Shown here in pieces: positions 7,588-17,751 of a stretch of 63,022 nt of DNA; within the stretch, counting starts at the first letter, position 1; each line of letters begins with the position of its first letter. Where the stretch lies: assembly GCA_964568845.1 (NCBI GenBank), contig CAZMSC010000007.1, forward strand, positions 1 to 63,022. The letters run 5' to 3'. The notes beneath the pieces were generated by a model. It worked only from the letters and a program-made list of their open reading frames with translations, searched no databases and was not told the origin of the DNA. The position numbers and the translations under genes were made by a program. This stretch comes from an uncultured Candidatus Bathyarchaeia archaeon (GTDB taxonomy: Archaea; Thermoproteota; CALKCG01; B24).

Positions 7588-9633
7588 TTGTCAAAGGAGG
7601 TTGTCGAGGAGAAGATTCCATGGCACTTTCTGATACCGTTCATGGTTGTCTTAGGAATATTTACAATGGCTATAAACCCTCTAAATCCAACTGGTACTTG
7701 GAGGAATCCACCCGGATATTCTGCGGCTATGGGGGTCGTCGTCATATGCTACTCGGCTTTAACAGCCCTACCATTCATATGCTTCTACTTCGCAGGTGCT
7801 TTGGGGAAGCTCAGCTTCTTCAAGAAGAGAGTCAACATGACGACTATGACTTGGCTGTACACTACGACGTTATGCCTCTCATTCTACCTCGGTAGACCTA
7901 CATCCGATACAGCTTGCGCCAGCTACGGCGTCTTCCTAGGTAATAGAATTATGTCTCCAGTTGAAGAGACAACAAGGCTCGTTCCATGGTTTATGGCTCC
8001 GTCACCAGAAATCGCTAGGCAATCGCTCTACGGTGGTGTTCCGGTGCCTTGGGCCGACCTAATGCCTATGATGATTTTCTGGAGCACATTTACAATAGTG
8101 TACGGTCTTCTGATGGTATCGATTGCCACAATATTTAGAAAGTACTGGATAGACGTTGAGAAGGTCCCATTCCCCCACGTCGGGGCTGCATATGAGCTTC
8201 TAGTGAGAACACTACCTGAAAGAAGGGCGAGGTTTTCAGGTCCTTTCTTAATCGGATTCGTACTGGGTATTATCGTTTGGATCCCAACATTCTTAACGGG
8301 TCTCTTCCCATGGTTTCCAGACATCTATGGGTGGAGGTGGGAGGCAAACGTATGCGGATACGGCTCTCACTTCGTAAGCACAGGCGAACCATTGGCAGCC
8401 CTCGTAGGTATGGCTAGAATTGGGAAGGAGCCGCTGGGTGTAGCTATAGCATACTTTGCACCATTAACGACTCTGTTCAATATGTGGTTCTGGTGGCTTA
8501 TTCTAGTAATACTATCTCAAGTAGCATACTTCCTTGGATACTATACGGGGCTTCCGACTACACCTGGTTGCGGTAGGGTTTGGTGTGGGGAAATATCTAT
8601 ATCTTACGGTGAGCCTTTTAAGTGGACGGCTGTATTGGTTGGAGGTATATGGGGTTTAACGATATTCCTGTTGATTTTAAGTAGACGGCACATAATAGAC
8701 ACACTTAAGGCCGCTTTTGGAAGAATGGATTCCCCGGCTAAGGTTGAATTTGAAAAAGGTGAACCCATAAGCTATAGAAGTGCATACCTCCTGTTAATAG
8801 CGACGTTTATCATAGCCATATTCATACATATTGCATGCGATATGAACCCGATATCTGCGCTACTAACGCCGATAAATATGATCGCGTTGTGGTTTGGCTC
8901 TATGAGGCTTTTAGGTTTAGGAGGAATCTACTATCGTAAAACTGATAAGGGCTATGCCTTACACAGACTTCTACTATGGCATCAAGCTCCCGAAGTCGTA
9001 GATAGAGACTTCGCCATGTCTGCACACTTTAACACGTGGTTTACAGACGCCCCCGACATGGGCAACCAAGTCGGTGGAAACTTCTTAACGGCTTTCGAAG
9101 CCTACAGAATGGCTAGCTTAACAGGAGTAAGCACTAAGAGCGTCTTTAAAGTTCTCGTAGCCTCCATAATAATATATTCACTGGTGACAATACCAACATG
9201 GCTATCAATCGCGTACACGTTCGGTATAACCAGAATTCAAGGCACTTGGGGCATGCATGGTTGTAACGCGGTAATGCAGAGGTCTGCAGACCCAGATAGC
9301 TGGAACAGCGCTCCGGGTACAGAACCCTGGGTACCTCACTTCGCAGCAGGCTTCATATTCGTAGGGCTTTTAAGCTGGCTACATGCAAGATACATATGGT
9401 TCCCGTTTGAGCCTGTAGGCTTCATACTGGGAATAGGTGCTGGCTTCGAATGGGGATTCTGGACTTACGCCCTCATAGCCTGGGCTCTTAAACAGATAAC
9501 ACTCAGAGTGGGAGGGAGTAAGCTATACGAAGAAGTTGGGGCTCCAGTAGCAGGCGGATACATAGCTGGACACATGTTAGCGCTAATACCCGGAATCATA
9601 GTAAGCAGATACAGGTTCTTCTTCCCATTCTAA
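7588..9633 (+). CDS. Large polytopic membrane protein of unknown function (681 aa, Trp/Gly/Phe-rich)
   Basis: It is a long uninterrupted ORF with many hydrophobic segments, roughly 14 or more. A TATA-like ttttataaatt lies about 40 nt upstream and a T-rich tract follows the stop. No family was recognised. Confidence 0.5.
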   Translation: MSKEVVEEKIPWHFLIPFMVVLGIFTMAINPLNPTGTWRNPPGYSAAMGVVVICYSALTALPFICFYFAGALGKLSFFKKRVNMTTMTWLYTTTLCLSFYLGRPTSDTACASYGVFLGNRIMSPVEETTRLVPWFMAPSPEIARQSLYGGVPVPWADLMPMMIFWSTFTIVYGLLMVSIATIFRKYWIDVEKVPFPHVGAAYELLVRTLPERRARFSGPFLIGFVLGIIVWIPTFLTGLFPWFPDIYGWRWEANVCGYGSHFVSTGEPLAALVGMARIGKEPLGVAIAYFAPLTTLFNMWFWWLILVILSQVAYFLGYYTGLPTTPGCGRVWCGEISISYGEPFKWTAVLVGGIWGLTIFLLILSRRHIIDTLKAAFGRMDSPAKVEFEKGEPISYRSAYLLLIATFIIAIFIHIACDMNPISALLTPINMIALWFGSMRLLGLGGIYYRKTDKGYALHRLLLWHQAPEVVDRDFAMSAHFNTWFTDAPDMGNQVGGNFLTAFEAYRMASLTGVSTKSVFKVLVASIIIYSLVTIPTWLSIAYTFGITRIQGTWGMHGCNAVMQRSADPDSWNSAPGTEPWVPHFAAGFIFVGLLSWLHARYIWFPFEPVGFILGIGAGFEWGFWTYALIAWALKQITLRVGGSKLYEEVGAPVAGGYIAGHMLALIPGIIVSRYRFFFPF

Positions 9634-9733
9634 ACATCCCATTTTTTATTTTCGTAAGGAAGGCGGAAAGTAGTAATCTACAATATATAGATCTATATAA
9701 TGAAGCAGACACTATAATAGTCTCGGTAATCCT

Positions 9734-10855
9734 TCATAGTTGCTTTAAAAGTTTTAAGGCTGCAAGTCTATATACCTCTATGCTATCTAAGTATTCTTCC
9801 ACGTCTATCCTCTCCGTGTCCGTGTGGCTCAGAGCCGAATCGCCTGGGCCATAGGTCACAGCGTCAATAGGTAAACCCGTTAAAAGGTTCATATCTCCAG
9901 TGCCGGTTTTACGGATAAGCTTAGGATACCTTCCCCTAACCTCCTTAACAGACTCTCTTAAAACCTTTAAAAGCATGGAATCCCTATCAACTTCATAAGC
10001 GTCACAGTATCCTTCAGACTCAACCTCTAACTGGGCCTCTGGGCGTTTATGCATGAAGTTTTTCATAAGCCTTTGAGAATACTCTACGACTTCTGAGGCT
10101 TTAACGCCTGGCGGAATCCTAACATCGACTTTAGCCTCGCAGAAACCTGGTACAACGTTTGGCGTATCTCCACCTCTGATCCAGGTAATCGACGTAGAAA
10201 CAGCGTAGTATTTGCTTGAAAACGTTTGAGTGGAATAACGTTCATAGATCTCTTTCTTTAAAGACGTGTAAAACTCGTAGAGGTCTTCAACAGCGTTCTC
10301 AAAAGCCCATGGCGACCCAGCATGTCCGGGTCTTGTTCTACATCTTATGGAGAGTTGGATTCTACCCCTATAGGCTATGGTTATGGCTTCAACCCCACCC
10401 GGCTCGCCTAAGACTACGTAATTAGCCTCAATACCTTTACATAGTACGTGTTTAAAGCCTAAACTAGAGCCTTCTTCATCAACAGTGCATGCAACAATAA
10501 GTCTACCATTTAGAGCCTCACTCTTAATGGAGGCTCCTGCAACAACCATAGCTATTAATGCAGATTTAGCATCCACAGCTCCCCTAGCATATATGTACCT
10601 TCCCTCCTCCCTATACGGTATGACCCCCGGAACAGTATCCATGTGGCCTACATACATGACCTTAGGTTCACCGACGCCTACAGATCCTAAAACGTTTCCC
10701 ACGTCATCGACGTATACGTCATCGTATCCTAGTTTTTCCATAGTGTCCATGAGGAAGAGCGCCAGCTCACCCTCATGTAAGGATGGGCTGTAGATCTTTA
10801 AAGCGTTCTTAAGTATATCTACCGCTTTAGCCTTCAACTCAAAGCCTATAGACAT
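9734..10855 (-). CDS. lysK: [LysW]-lysine/ornithine hydrolase (M20 peptidase, ArgE/LysK type)
   Basis: The M20 motifs HMDTVP, DAKS, DEEGSS and the C-terminal GPGD..HT are present. It is the last gene of the argG-lysW-lysZ-lysK string. Confidence 0.75.
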   Translation of the reverse strand: MSIGFELKAKAVDILKNALKIYSPSLHEGELALFLMDTMEKLGYDDVYVDDVGNVLGSVGVGEPKVMYVGHMDTVPGVIPYREEGRYIYARGAVDAKSALIAMVVAGASIKSEALNGRLIVACTVDEEGSSLGFKHVLCKGIEANYVVLGEPGGVEAITIAYRGRIQLSIRCRTRPGHAGSPWAFENAVEDLYEFYTSLKKEIYERYSTQTFSSKYYAVSTSITWIRGGDTPNVVPGFCEAKVDVRIPPGVKASEVVEYSQRLMKNFMHKRPEAQLEVESEGYCDAYEVDRDSMLLKVLRESVKEVRGRYPKLIRKTGTGDMNLLTGLPIDAVTYGPGDSALSHTDTERIDVEEYLDSIEVYRLAALKLLKQL

Positions 10856-10858
10856 TTA

Positions 10859-11671
10859 TCAACCTCTATAGACCACTGTTCCAGCCTTACCTTCGATGAC
10901 GGATGTTATGGGTTTAGGCTTCAGACCGGAAGATATCACAACCCTATCGACACCCATCTCCAAAGCCTCCATGGCAGCGTAGACTTTAGTAATCATACCT
11001 GGGCCTATTCTCTTAAGCTTCTCTTTCAATTGGCTAGAGGATATTTCCCTGCAAAGCTCTCCATTGAGTATTAAACCTTCTACGTCCGTTAAAAGTATGA
11101 GGTCGTCTGCCTTTAGAGCTCCCGCTACGTAAGAAGCCGCCCTATCTCCATCAACGTTTAAAATCTCATACTCTGAGCCTATGGCTAACGGTGAGATAAC
11201 AGGTAGGTAGCCTGAGTTTAAAAGGTTTTCCAATAGACCAGCGTTAACGGCTATTATCTTCCCAGTATATCCTCCGGGTATAACCCTCTTCCTACCCTTC
11301 TCATCGATTATGACGAGCTTCTTCTTTCTCTCCGCCCTTAGAAGCCCTCCATCTACACCTGAAACCCCCACTGCTGGAAGGCCGAATTCAAGTAGGGTTG
11401 AAACTATTTCTTTACTTATCTTGCCAGCCATAACCATAACGTAGATGTCGAGCGTCTCCTTATCAGTATACCTACTTCTAAAGCCGTCTGGAGATGTTAT
11501 GAAAACCTGCTCCTTACCCATTTTAGAAGCTATGCTTGTAACTTCATCTCCTCCCCCGTGGACTAAGACGAGCTTATGGTTTGAGAAAACCCCTCTAATA
11601 TCATCTATCAGGTTTACATCTGGGGCTCCGTCTTTAAGAATACTTCCGCCGATTTTAACCACAAGTTTCAA
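10859..11671 (-). CDS. lysZ: [LysW]-aminoadipate/glutamate kinase (ArgB/LysZ amino-acid kinase)
   Basis: VVKIGGS..VLVHGGG.. and the NVDGD..A motifs of acetylglutamate-kinase-like enzymes are present. Confidence 0.8.
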   Translation of the reverse strand: MKLVVKIGGSILKDGAPDVNLIDDIRGVFSNHKLVLVHGGGDEVTSIASKMGKEQVFITSPDGFRSRYTDKETLDIYVMVMAGKISKEIVSTLLEFGLPAVGVSGVDGGLLRAERKKKLVIIDEKGRKRVIPGGYTGKIIAVNAGLLENLLNSGYLPVISPLAIGSEYEILNVDGDRAASYVAGALKADDLILLTDVEGLILNGELCREISSSQLKEKLKRIGPGMITKVYAAMEALEMGVDRVVISSGLKPKPITSVIEGKAGTVVYRG

Positions 11672-11701
11672 GCGTCAACCCTCAACGTAATATTCTTCAG
11701 C

Positions 11702-11887
11702 CTATTCTCCCCAGTCTTCCCCCTCTATTTCCGCAGGTTTTAGCTCAACTTTACCATTATTTATATAAACTTCATACTCCATACCGCAATCTGGGCATGA
11801 GAATATTTCACCTTCTAGAGCGTCATCGGGAATCTTAATCTTACCACCACACTCAGAACACTCTAAAACTATAACCGTACATATCAC
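11702..11887 (-). CDS. lysW: Amino-group carrier protein LysW
   Basis: A CxxC..CxxC zinc ribbon (CSECGG...CPDCG) and the diagnostic acidic C-terminus EGEDWGE are present. I place the start at the GTG at 11887, giving 61 aa. That GTG overlaps the argG stop as GTGA. The 78-aa track ORF is over-extended. Confidence 0.85.
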   Translation of the reverse strand: MICTVIVLECSECGGKIKIPDDALEGEIFSCPDCGMEYEVYINNGKVELKPAEIEGEDWGE

Positions 11888-13104
11888 CTCCCACGGCTCT
11901 TCCGAACAGTATGAGCTGTCCTCAGGGGTAGGCTCCATATCTCTATAAACCCGGGGGCTGCAGATTGGTCGAAAACGCTTTTAACGCTGTAAGTGGCAAG
12001 ATCCTTACTATACAGCGAATACTTAGACATTCTTGAAACAACTCTTAATCCTCCCTTATAAAGCTTCAGCTTAACCCATCCTTCAACAAACCTCTGAGAA
12101 CTATTGATGAACTCCTCCAAGTCGTGTTTGAGAGGCTCATACCACATTCCGGCATAAACTAGAAGGCTCCATTGTCTATCTACAAGCTCTTTAAAACTCA
12201 ACTGGCTTGGAGTTAAAACTAGTTTCTCAAGGTCTTTATGTGCTTCTATTATGCAGACTGCCGCCGGGCACTCGTAGACTTCTCTAGTTTTAATCCCTAC
12301 AACTCTATCCTCGATGTGATCTATCCTACCCACCGCATTTCTCCCAGCAACCTCATTCAACCTAGTCAGGAGTGTGACCCCGTCTAAAACCTCTCCGTTA
12401 AGCGAAGTGGGCACACCATTTTCAAAGCCTATAGTCAAATACTCAGCTCTATCAGGGGCCTCCTCTGGATCTATAGTCCACTTGAAGACTTCACTCGGAG
12501 GCTCAAGCTCTACATCTTCTAAAGGTCCGCATTCTATGCTTCTACCCCATAGGTTTTGGTCAACGCTGTATATCTTCTCTCTACTAAATGGAATTCCATG
12601 TTTCTTAGCATATTCGAGCTCAAACTCCCTGTCTAAACCCCACTCTCTAACTGGAGCTAAAACTTTCAGATTGGGATTTAACGCTTTAACGGTCGCCTCT
12701 ATTCTAACCTGATCATTGCCTTTACCGGTACATCCATGTGCTACAGCATCGGCTTTAACGGCTTCAGCCACTTCGACAACATTCTTAGCTATCAAGGGTC
12801 TGGAGAGGGCGCTACTGAGGGGATATTTACCTTCATATAGTCCATTAGCTTTAATGCTTGGAAAAACGTAGTTCTCCACAAAATCCCTCTTGGCATCTAT
12901 GAAGAAGTGCTTTACAACGCCGAGCTTGTAAGCCATATCCTCTATGAATTTAAAGTCGCCACCTTGACCCACGTCAACGGTGACGGTATAGACCTCTACG
13001 TCATACTTTTCCTGAAGCCATATTATCGACACAGATGTATCTAAGCCTCCAGAGTACGCGAGTACGACCTTATTCAAGCCTCCCCCCTCATTCAAACTCT
13101 TCAA
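11884..13104 (-). CDS. argG: Argininosuccinate synthase
   Basis: VVLAYSGGLDTS is the PP-loop, and the protein has full-length collinearity with ArgG. The true start may be the TTG at 13077 (LNKVVLAYSGG), which is preceded by ggggggagg. Confidence 0.9.
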   Translation of the reverse strand: MKSLNEGGGLNKVVLAYSGGLDTSVSIIWLQEKYDVEVYTVTVDVGQGGDFKFIEDMAYKLGVVKHFFIDAKRDFVENYVFPSIKANGLYEGKYPLSSALSRPLIAKNVVEVAEAVKADAVAHGCTGKGNDQVRIEATVKALNPNLKVLAPVREWGLDREFELEYAKKHGIPFSREKIYSVDQNLWGRSIECGPLEDVELEPPSEVFKWTIDPEEAPDRAEYLTIGFENGVPTSLNGEVLDGVTLLTRLNEVAGRNAVGRIDHIEDRVVGIKTREVYECPAAVCIIEAHKDLEKLVLTPSQLSFKELVDRQWSLLVYAGMWYEPLKHDLEEFINSSQRFVEGWVKLKLYKGGLRVVSRMSKYSLYSKDLATYSVKSVFDQSAAPGFIEIWSLPLRTAHTVRKSRGR

Positions 13105-13150
13105 TCAAATCCAAGCATTAACTTAAGGAAACTCAACTAAAATATAAATT

Positions 13151-13546
13151 TTACTGAGAATCTTTAATTTTATCCCTTAGATATTCTGAAAATTCTTTAA
13201 CTCTACCCTTTCTCTCAACATAGATCTTCGTGTCAAGTCTAACTCTGATGCCGAGGCTTAGTAGAAGCTGATAAAACTCGCCACCACTTATTTCAGCGGG
13301 TATTTTACGGTCTGCTATCGCCTTACCAAGGGCATTAATTATCGCGTGGGCTTCATATGGATACTGGCTTTTAAGAGCTGATAGAACCCTTAAACCTGAA
13401 ATGTCTAAGGCGTTTCTAACGATGCTTTCATAGTCTGGGGCTCTATCCTCCTCCGAGGAGTCTTTTAAAGCTTTAGCCATAAGCTTTCGCTGAATTTCTA
13501 AATACTTTTTCTTCATCAGTAGGTTTAACTCGCTATCTTCACTCAA
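13151..13546 (-). CDS. PDCD5/TFAR19-like dsDNA-binding protein
   Basis: The N-terminus is charged and helical (LLMKKKYLEIQRKL). The later ..VLSALKSQYPYEAHAIINAL..IPAEISGGEFYQLLLSL..KIYVERKG pattern resembles the archaeal MTH1615/PDCD5 family. Confidence 0.55.
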   Translation of the reverse strand: MSEDSELNLLMKKKYLEIQRKLMAKALKDSSEEDRAPDYESIVRNALDISGLRVLSALKSQYPYEAHAIINALGKAIADRKIPAEISGGEFYQLLLSLGIRVRLDTKIYVERKGRVKEFSEYLRDKIKDSQ

Positions 13547-13691
13547 GACAATCCCTCCTAAAACAGTAGTAGATACAAGTGTTTAAACATGACTATTTAG
13601 ACTAAAGAAGCTTTCTCTAATTTGAGAGAAGGAAAGTCCATCGGCGACGGAGTAAAGGTTAAATGTTAAATATTACCCCATTCTGGAGGGG

Positions 13692-14750
13692 TTGCCTTTG
13701 AAGGTAAGCATCGTAGGAGGATCGGGGTTTACTGGGGGAGAACTCTTAAGAATACTTGCAACTCATCCGAACGTAGAAATCAAAATCGTTACCTCTAGGA
13801 GGTATGTAGGAGAGTACGTTCACAGAGTTCATCCAAACCTCAGAGGAATACTCGATATTCAATTTACAGACCCCAGTACGTCAAAGGTAGCTGAAGAAAG
13901 CGACGTTGTATTCTTATGTACGCCAGCAGGTGTCTCAGCAAAAACAACGCCAGAATTCCTGGAAGCTGGAGTTAAAGTAATCGACTTAAGTCCAGATTTT
14001 AGGCTTAAGAATCCTAAAGATTATGAGCGGTGGTATGGCTGGAGGCATCCAAGGCCAGATCTTCTGGAGAAAGCCGTCTACGGTTTACCGGAGCTTCATA
14101 GAGAAGAGATCCGGAAAGCCGATTTAGTCGCATGTCCAGGTTGCATGTCAACTGCTGCCATACTAGCTATGGCGCCTTTGGCTAAAGCAAGCTTTGTTAA
14201 GCAAAACGTCGTAGTGGTAGATGCCATGATAGGCTCTTCAGGCGCGGGTGCTACGCCTTCTCTTGCAAGTATACACGCTGAACGCTATGGCGTTATAAGA
14301 CCCTATAAACCAGTTGGGCATAGACATACGAGTGAAATAGAGCAGGAGCTCAGCATGTTAGCTGGTGGAAGTGTTAAAGTTGCATTCTCAGCAAGCTCCG
14401 TCAATATAGTGCGGGGGATACTGGTGGTATGCCACTGCTTTACTGAGAAAACTATAACTATCCGAGATCTTTGGAAGATTTATAGACAGTTCTATGGTAA
14501 TGAGCCTTTCGTAAGACTGGTTAGGGATGTAAAAGGGATATTCAGGTATCCGGATCCAAAACCCATAGTGGGCTCAAACTTCTGCGATGTTGGATTTGAA
14601 TTAGACCCGTATACGAATAGGGTAGTTGCTTTATCCGCCATAGATAACCTCGTTAAGGGTGCCGTCGGCAATGCTGTTCAGAGCCTAAACATCATCTATG
14701 GATTGGATGAAAAAACGGGATTGATGTATCCGGGGGTCCATCCAGTTTAG
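13692..14750 (+). CDS. lysY: N-acetyl-gamma-glutamyl-phosphate / [LysW]-aminoadipate-semialdehyde reductase (ArgC/LysY)
   Basis: IVGGSGFTGGELLR is the Rossmann motif and PGCMSTA carries the active-site Cys. The start is TTG. Confidence 0.85.
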   Translation: MPLKVSIVGGSGFTGGELLRILATHPNVEIKIVTSRRYVGEYVHRVHPNLRGILDIQFTDPSTSKVAEESDVVFLCTPAGVSAKTTPEFLEAGVKVIDLSPDFRLKNPKDYERWYGWRHPRPDLLEKAVYGLPELHREEIRKADLVACPGCMSTAAILAMAPLAKASFVKQNVVVVDAMIGSSGAGATPSLASIHAERYGVIRPYKPVGHRHTSEIEQELSMLAGGSVKVAFSASSVNIVRGILVVCHCFTEKTITIRDLWKIYRQFYGNEPFVRLVRDVKGIFRYPDPKPIVGSNFCDVGFELDPYTNRVVALSAIDNLVKGAVGNAVQSLNIIYGLDEKTGLMYPGVHPV

Positions 14751-14761
14751 GAGGAGCAATA

Positions 14762-15961
14762 TTGGATACACAAACGATCATCCAGCTTGAAGAAAAATAC
14801 ATGGTTAACGTTTACTTCAGATACCCGGTAGCTATTGTAGGTGGTAGTGGTGCAATACTGTGGGATGCTGAGGGGAAGCGCTACATAGACTTGATGGGTG
14901 GATACGGCGTTGCCATAGTGGGCTATTCCCACCCTAAAGTTGTTGAGGCGCTTAAAGCACAGCTTAATAGACTTACGATATGTCACCCAAGTTTATACAA
15001 CGACGTTAGAGCATCCCTCTTAGAGAAGCTTGTTGCCATAGCTCCAAGGGGCTTAAACAAGGTTTACCTATGCAATAGCGGAGCTGAAGCTATTGAAGCA
15101 GCTATTAAAATGGCTAAAAAGTATACTGGTAGATCTAAACTGGTTTCAACAATGGGAGGCTTCCACGGTAAAACTTTAGGGGCTTTATCATTGACGTGGA
15201 ATCCCAAGTATAGAGAACCTTTCAAAGATTTTCTGATCAAGGATGTAGAATTCGTGCCATATGGAAACCTTGAGAAAGCTGAAGAGGTGGTTGATGAAAA
15301 CACCGCCGCATTCATAGTGGAGCCGATTCAAGGTGAAAGCGGTGTGAGGGTTCCGCCAGATGGCTATCTAAAAGGCTTGAGGGATGTATGCGATAGAAGA
15401 GGGAGTCTACTTATAATCGATGAGATTCAGACTGGTCTCGGACGGACTGGAGCTATGTGGGCTTGTCAACATTGGAATGTAAAGCCAGATATAATGTGCG
15501 TCGCTAAAGGTTTAGCAGGGGGAGTCCCCATGGGAGCAGTCTTAGCGAGAGAAGATGTAGGCGGGAGTCTTAAACTTGGAGAGCATACGAGTACGTTCGG
15601 TGGAAACCCCCTCGCGTGTGCGGCAGCCTCAGCCGTAATAGACGTAATAGTCGGTGAAAAACTGCCTGAGAAGGCGGGGAGGCTGGGGGAGACATTTAAA
15701 CGTGAGTTGGAGAAACTTAAGCAAAGCCACTCATCTGTAAGAGAGGTTAGAGGCTTAGGCTTGATGAGGGCGGCGGAGCTAAAATTCGATGTAAAAGACG
15801 TCATCGTTAAAAGTCTTGAGAGCGGTCTTATAACTTTATACTCTGGCAGAAATATCCTGAGGTTTCTACCACCTCTAGTCATAGATGAAGGGCAAATACT
15901 AGAGGCTTTAAAAATCCTGGATAACGTGCTCGATACGGTCTCGCCAACCACTCACGGCTAA
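14762..15961 (+). CDS. lysJ: Acetylornithine/[LysW]-aminotransferase (class III PLP, ArgD/LysJ)
   Basis: GGYGVAIVGYSHPKV, LCNSGAEA, DEIQTG and CVAKGLAGG (the PLP Lys region) are present. Confidence 0.85.
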   Translation: MDTQTIIQLEEKYMVNVYFRYPVAIVGGSGAILWDAEGKRYIDLMGGYGVAIVGYSHPKVVEALKAQLNRLTICHPSLYNDVRASLLEKLVAIAPRGLNKVYLCNSGAEAIEAAIKMAKKYTGRSKLVSTMGGFHGKTLGALSLTWNPKYREPFKDFLIKDVEFVPYGNLEKAEEVVDENTAAFIVEPIQGESGVRVPPDGYLKGLRDVCDRRGSLLIIDEIQTGLGRTGAMWACQHWNVKPDIMCVAKGLAGGVPMGAVLAREDVGGSLKLGEHTSTFGGNPLACAAASAVIDVIVGEKLPEKAGRLGETFKRELEKLKQSHSSVREVRGLGLMRAAELKFDVKDVIVKSLESGLITLYSGRNILRFLPPLVIDEGQILEALKILDNVLDTVSPTTHG

Positions 15962-15962
15962 A

Positions 15963-16271
15963 CTACAGCCTCTTTCTACCATGTTTATATGGCCTGGTTT
16001 TATTTACTGACATTTTCACTTTGACCGCGTTTGATATGTCTATTTTAAGGTCTCCACACATGTGGAAGATTCTGATAAGCGTATCCGCCAATTCCTCTTT
16101 AAAGGCTTCAGAATCGTCGTCTCTCCAAGCCTCCATAGCTTCAGAAAGCTCGGTTACTATAAGCATTAGATATGTTGGCACGTTATCCCATGTCACGTGA
16201 AACCCTTTAGAATTGGCTATCTCAGCGGCTTCTCTTACATATTCTTCAAGAGTTTGCGGGTTTAAAGTCAT
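15963..16271 (-). CDS. MazG-like nucleotide pyrophosphohydrolase
   Basis: It is a small all-helical protein with the TELSEAMEAWR....EELADTLIRIF pattern (EExxE/D metal motifs). Confidence 0.65.
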   Translation of the reverse strand: MTLNPQTLEEYVREAAEIANSKGFHVTWDNVPTYLMLIVTELSEAMEAWRDDDSEAFKEELADTLIRIFHMCGDLKIDISNAVKVKMSVNKTRPYKHGRKRL

Positions 16272-16379
16272 CGGATATATGTAGCCGTAGAATTCTAATA
16301 AACATAGCTTTCAGTTTTCTAGGAAAAACTTCAGCTTAATTTAAATAAATTTTCTACGTCTATAGAACTCTGGATCCGA

Positions 16380-17729
16380 TTGGAGATTCTAATTAAAGAT
16401 TGCGATTGGATAATTACCCAAGATAAACATAGGAGAGTGTTGAGGAAGACGTCAGTCCTAGTAAAAGACGGGTTGATCGTTGATGTAAGCCGTGATCTGA
16501 CTGGGGGAGATGTGGTTGTAAATGGTGAAGGTAAGGCTTTGATGCCAGCCCTCATAAATACGCATACGCATCTTTCAATGAGCTTACTTAGAGGTTATGC
16601 CGAGGATTTACCGTTGGATAGATGGCTTAAAGAGAAGGTGTGGCCTTTAGAGCGTAAACTTACCGGGCAGCTTTGCTACGTGGGGGCTCTACTTGGATGT
16701 CTTGAAATGATAAGGACTGGTACGGCTTGTCTAGTCGACATGTATTATCATGCTGGAATGGTCGCTAAAGCTGTTAAAGAGGCTGGTTTAAGAGGTTTTA
16801 TAGGTCAAGGCTTGATAGATACAGTGTCAGATGATAGAGCTTCAGATGAAGACTTGAAGAGAAACTTTCTAACGGAAACGTATAAGACAGTTGAAACCAT
16901 ACGAGAGTTGAACGACCCTAAGATCAAACCTATAGTAGCTCCGCATGCTCCTTATACATGCTCCGATGAACTTCTCATGGAAAGTCAAACGATAGCTAAG
17001 AAATTCAACATGCTCATTCACATACATCTAGCTGAAACTAGAAGAGAGCAAATGATGTTTCAGAGAAAGTATGGATGTAGCGTTGTCGAGTATCTAGATA
17101 AGGTTGGCTTCCTAGATGGAAATGTTTTAGCTGCACACTGCGTTTGGCTGACGAGGAGGGATATTGAAGTTTTAGCGCTTAGAAGGGTTAAGGTTTCCCA
17201 TTGCCCGATTTCAAACATGAAGCTTGGAGTGGGAGGAGTATCTCCAATCCCAGAGCTCATAGAAGCTGGTGTGTTTGTAAGCCTAGGCACAGATGGACCT
17301 GCAAGCAATAATGCACTGGACATGTTTGAAACAATGAAGTTTACAGCTTTACTTCAAAAGCATACCCGTTGGGATCCGAGCGTTGTAAGCGTTCAGCAGG
17401 TTCTAGACATGGCTACGGTTAATGCTAGTGAAAGCCTAGGCCTTGGAAATGTCATCGGCCGTATTGAAAAGGGTTTTGAAGCGGATTTAATATTAGTAGA
17501 TATTAGAAGCCCTAGTCTTCAGCCGATTTACAGCCCGGAGAATTTAATATCAAACCTCATATATGCTGCTAAAGGTTTAAACGTAGATTCCTTACTCGTC
17601 CAAGGTAAGCTTCTAATGCTTAATGGGGTCTTTCAAACTCTGGATGAAGAGAAGATCTACAATTTGGTTGAAGACGCTTTGAGAGAGCTTGACATCAAGT
17701 CTTCCAATAGTATTCAACATGAAAAATGA
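16380..17729 (+). CDS. mtaD: 5'-methylthioadenosine/S-adenosylhomocysteine deaminase-like amidohydrolase
   Basis: LINTHTHLSMSLLRGYAEDLPLDRWL, HLAE.., GTDGPASNN and the other amidohydrolase metal ligands are present. Confidence 0.7.
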   Translation: MEILIKDCDWIITQDKHRRVLRKTSVLVKDGLIVDVSRDLTGGDVVVNGEGKALMPALINTHTHLSMSLLRGYAEDLPLDRWLKEKVWPLERKLTGQLCYVGALLGCLEMIRTGTACLVDMYYHAGMVAKAVKEAGLRGFIGQGLIDTVSDDRASDEDLKRNFLTETYKTVETIRELNDPKIKPIVAPHAPYTCSDELLMESQTIAKKFNMLIHIHLAETRREQMMFQRKYGCSVVEYLDKVGFLDGNVLAAHCVWLTRRDIEVLALRRVKVSHCPISNMKLGVGGVSPIPELIEAGVFVSLGTDGPASNNALDMFETMKFTALLQKHTRWDPSVVSVQQVLDMATVNASESLGLGNVIGRIEKGFEADLILVDIRSPSLQPIYSPENLISNLIYAAKGLNVDSLLVQGKLLMLNGVFQTLDEEKIYNLVEDALRELDIKSSNSIQHEK

Positions 17730-17751
17730 AAATTGCGTAATCAACGAGCTA

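Noticed and set aside
11702-11938. I considered the 78-aa version of the LysW ORF starting at the ATG at 11938.
   Set aside because: The extension overlaps the argG coding end and adds a non-LysW N-terminus. A GTG at 11887 gives a typical ~60-aa LysW and a GTGA overlap with argG.
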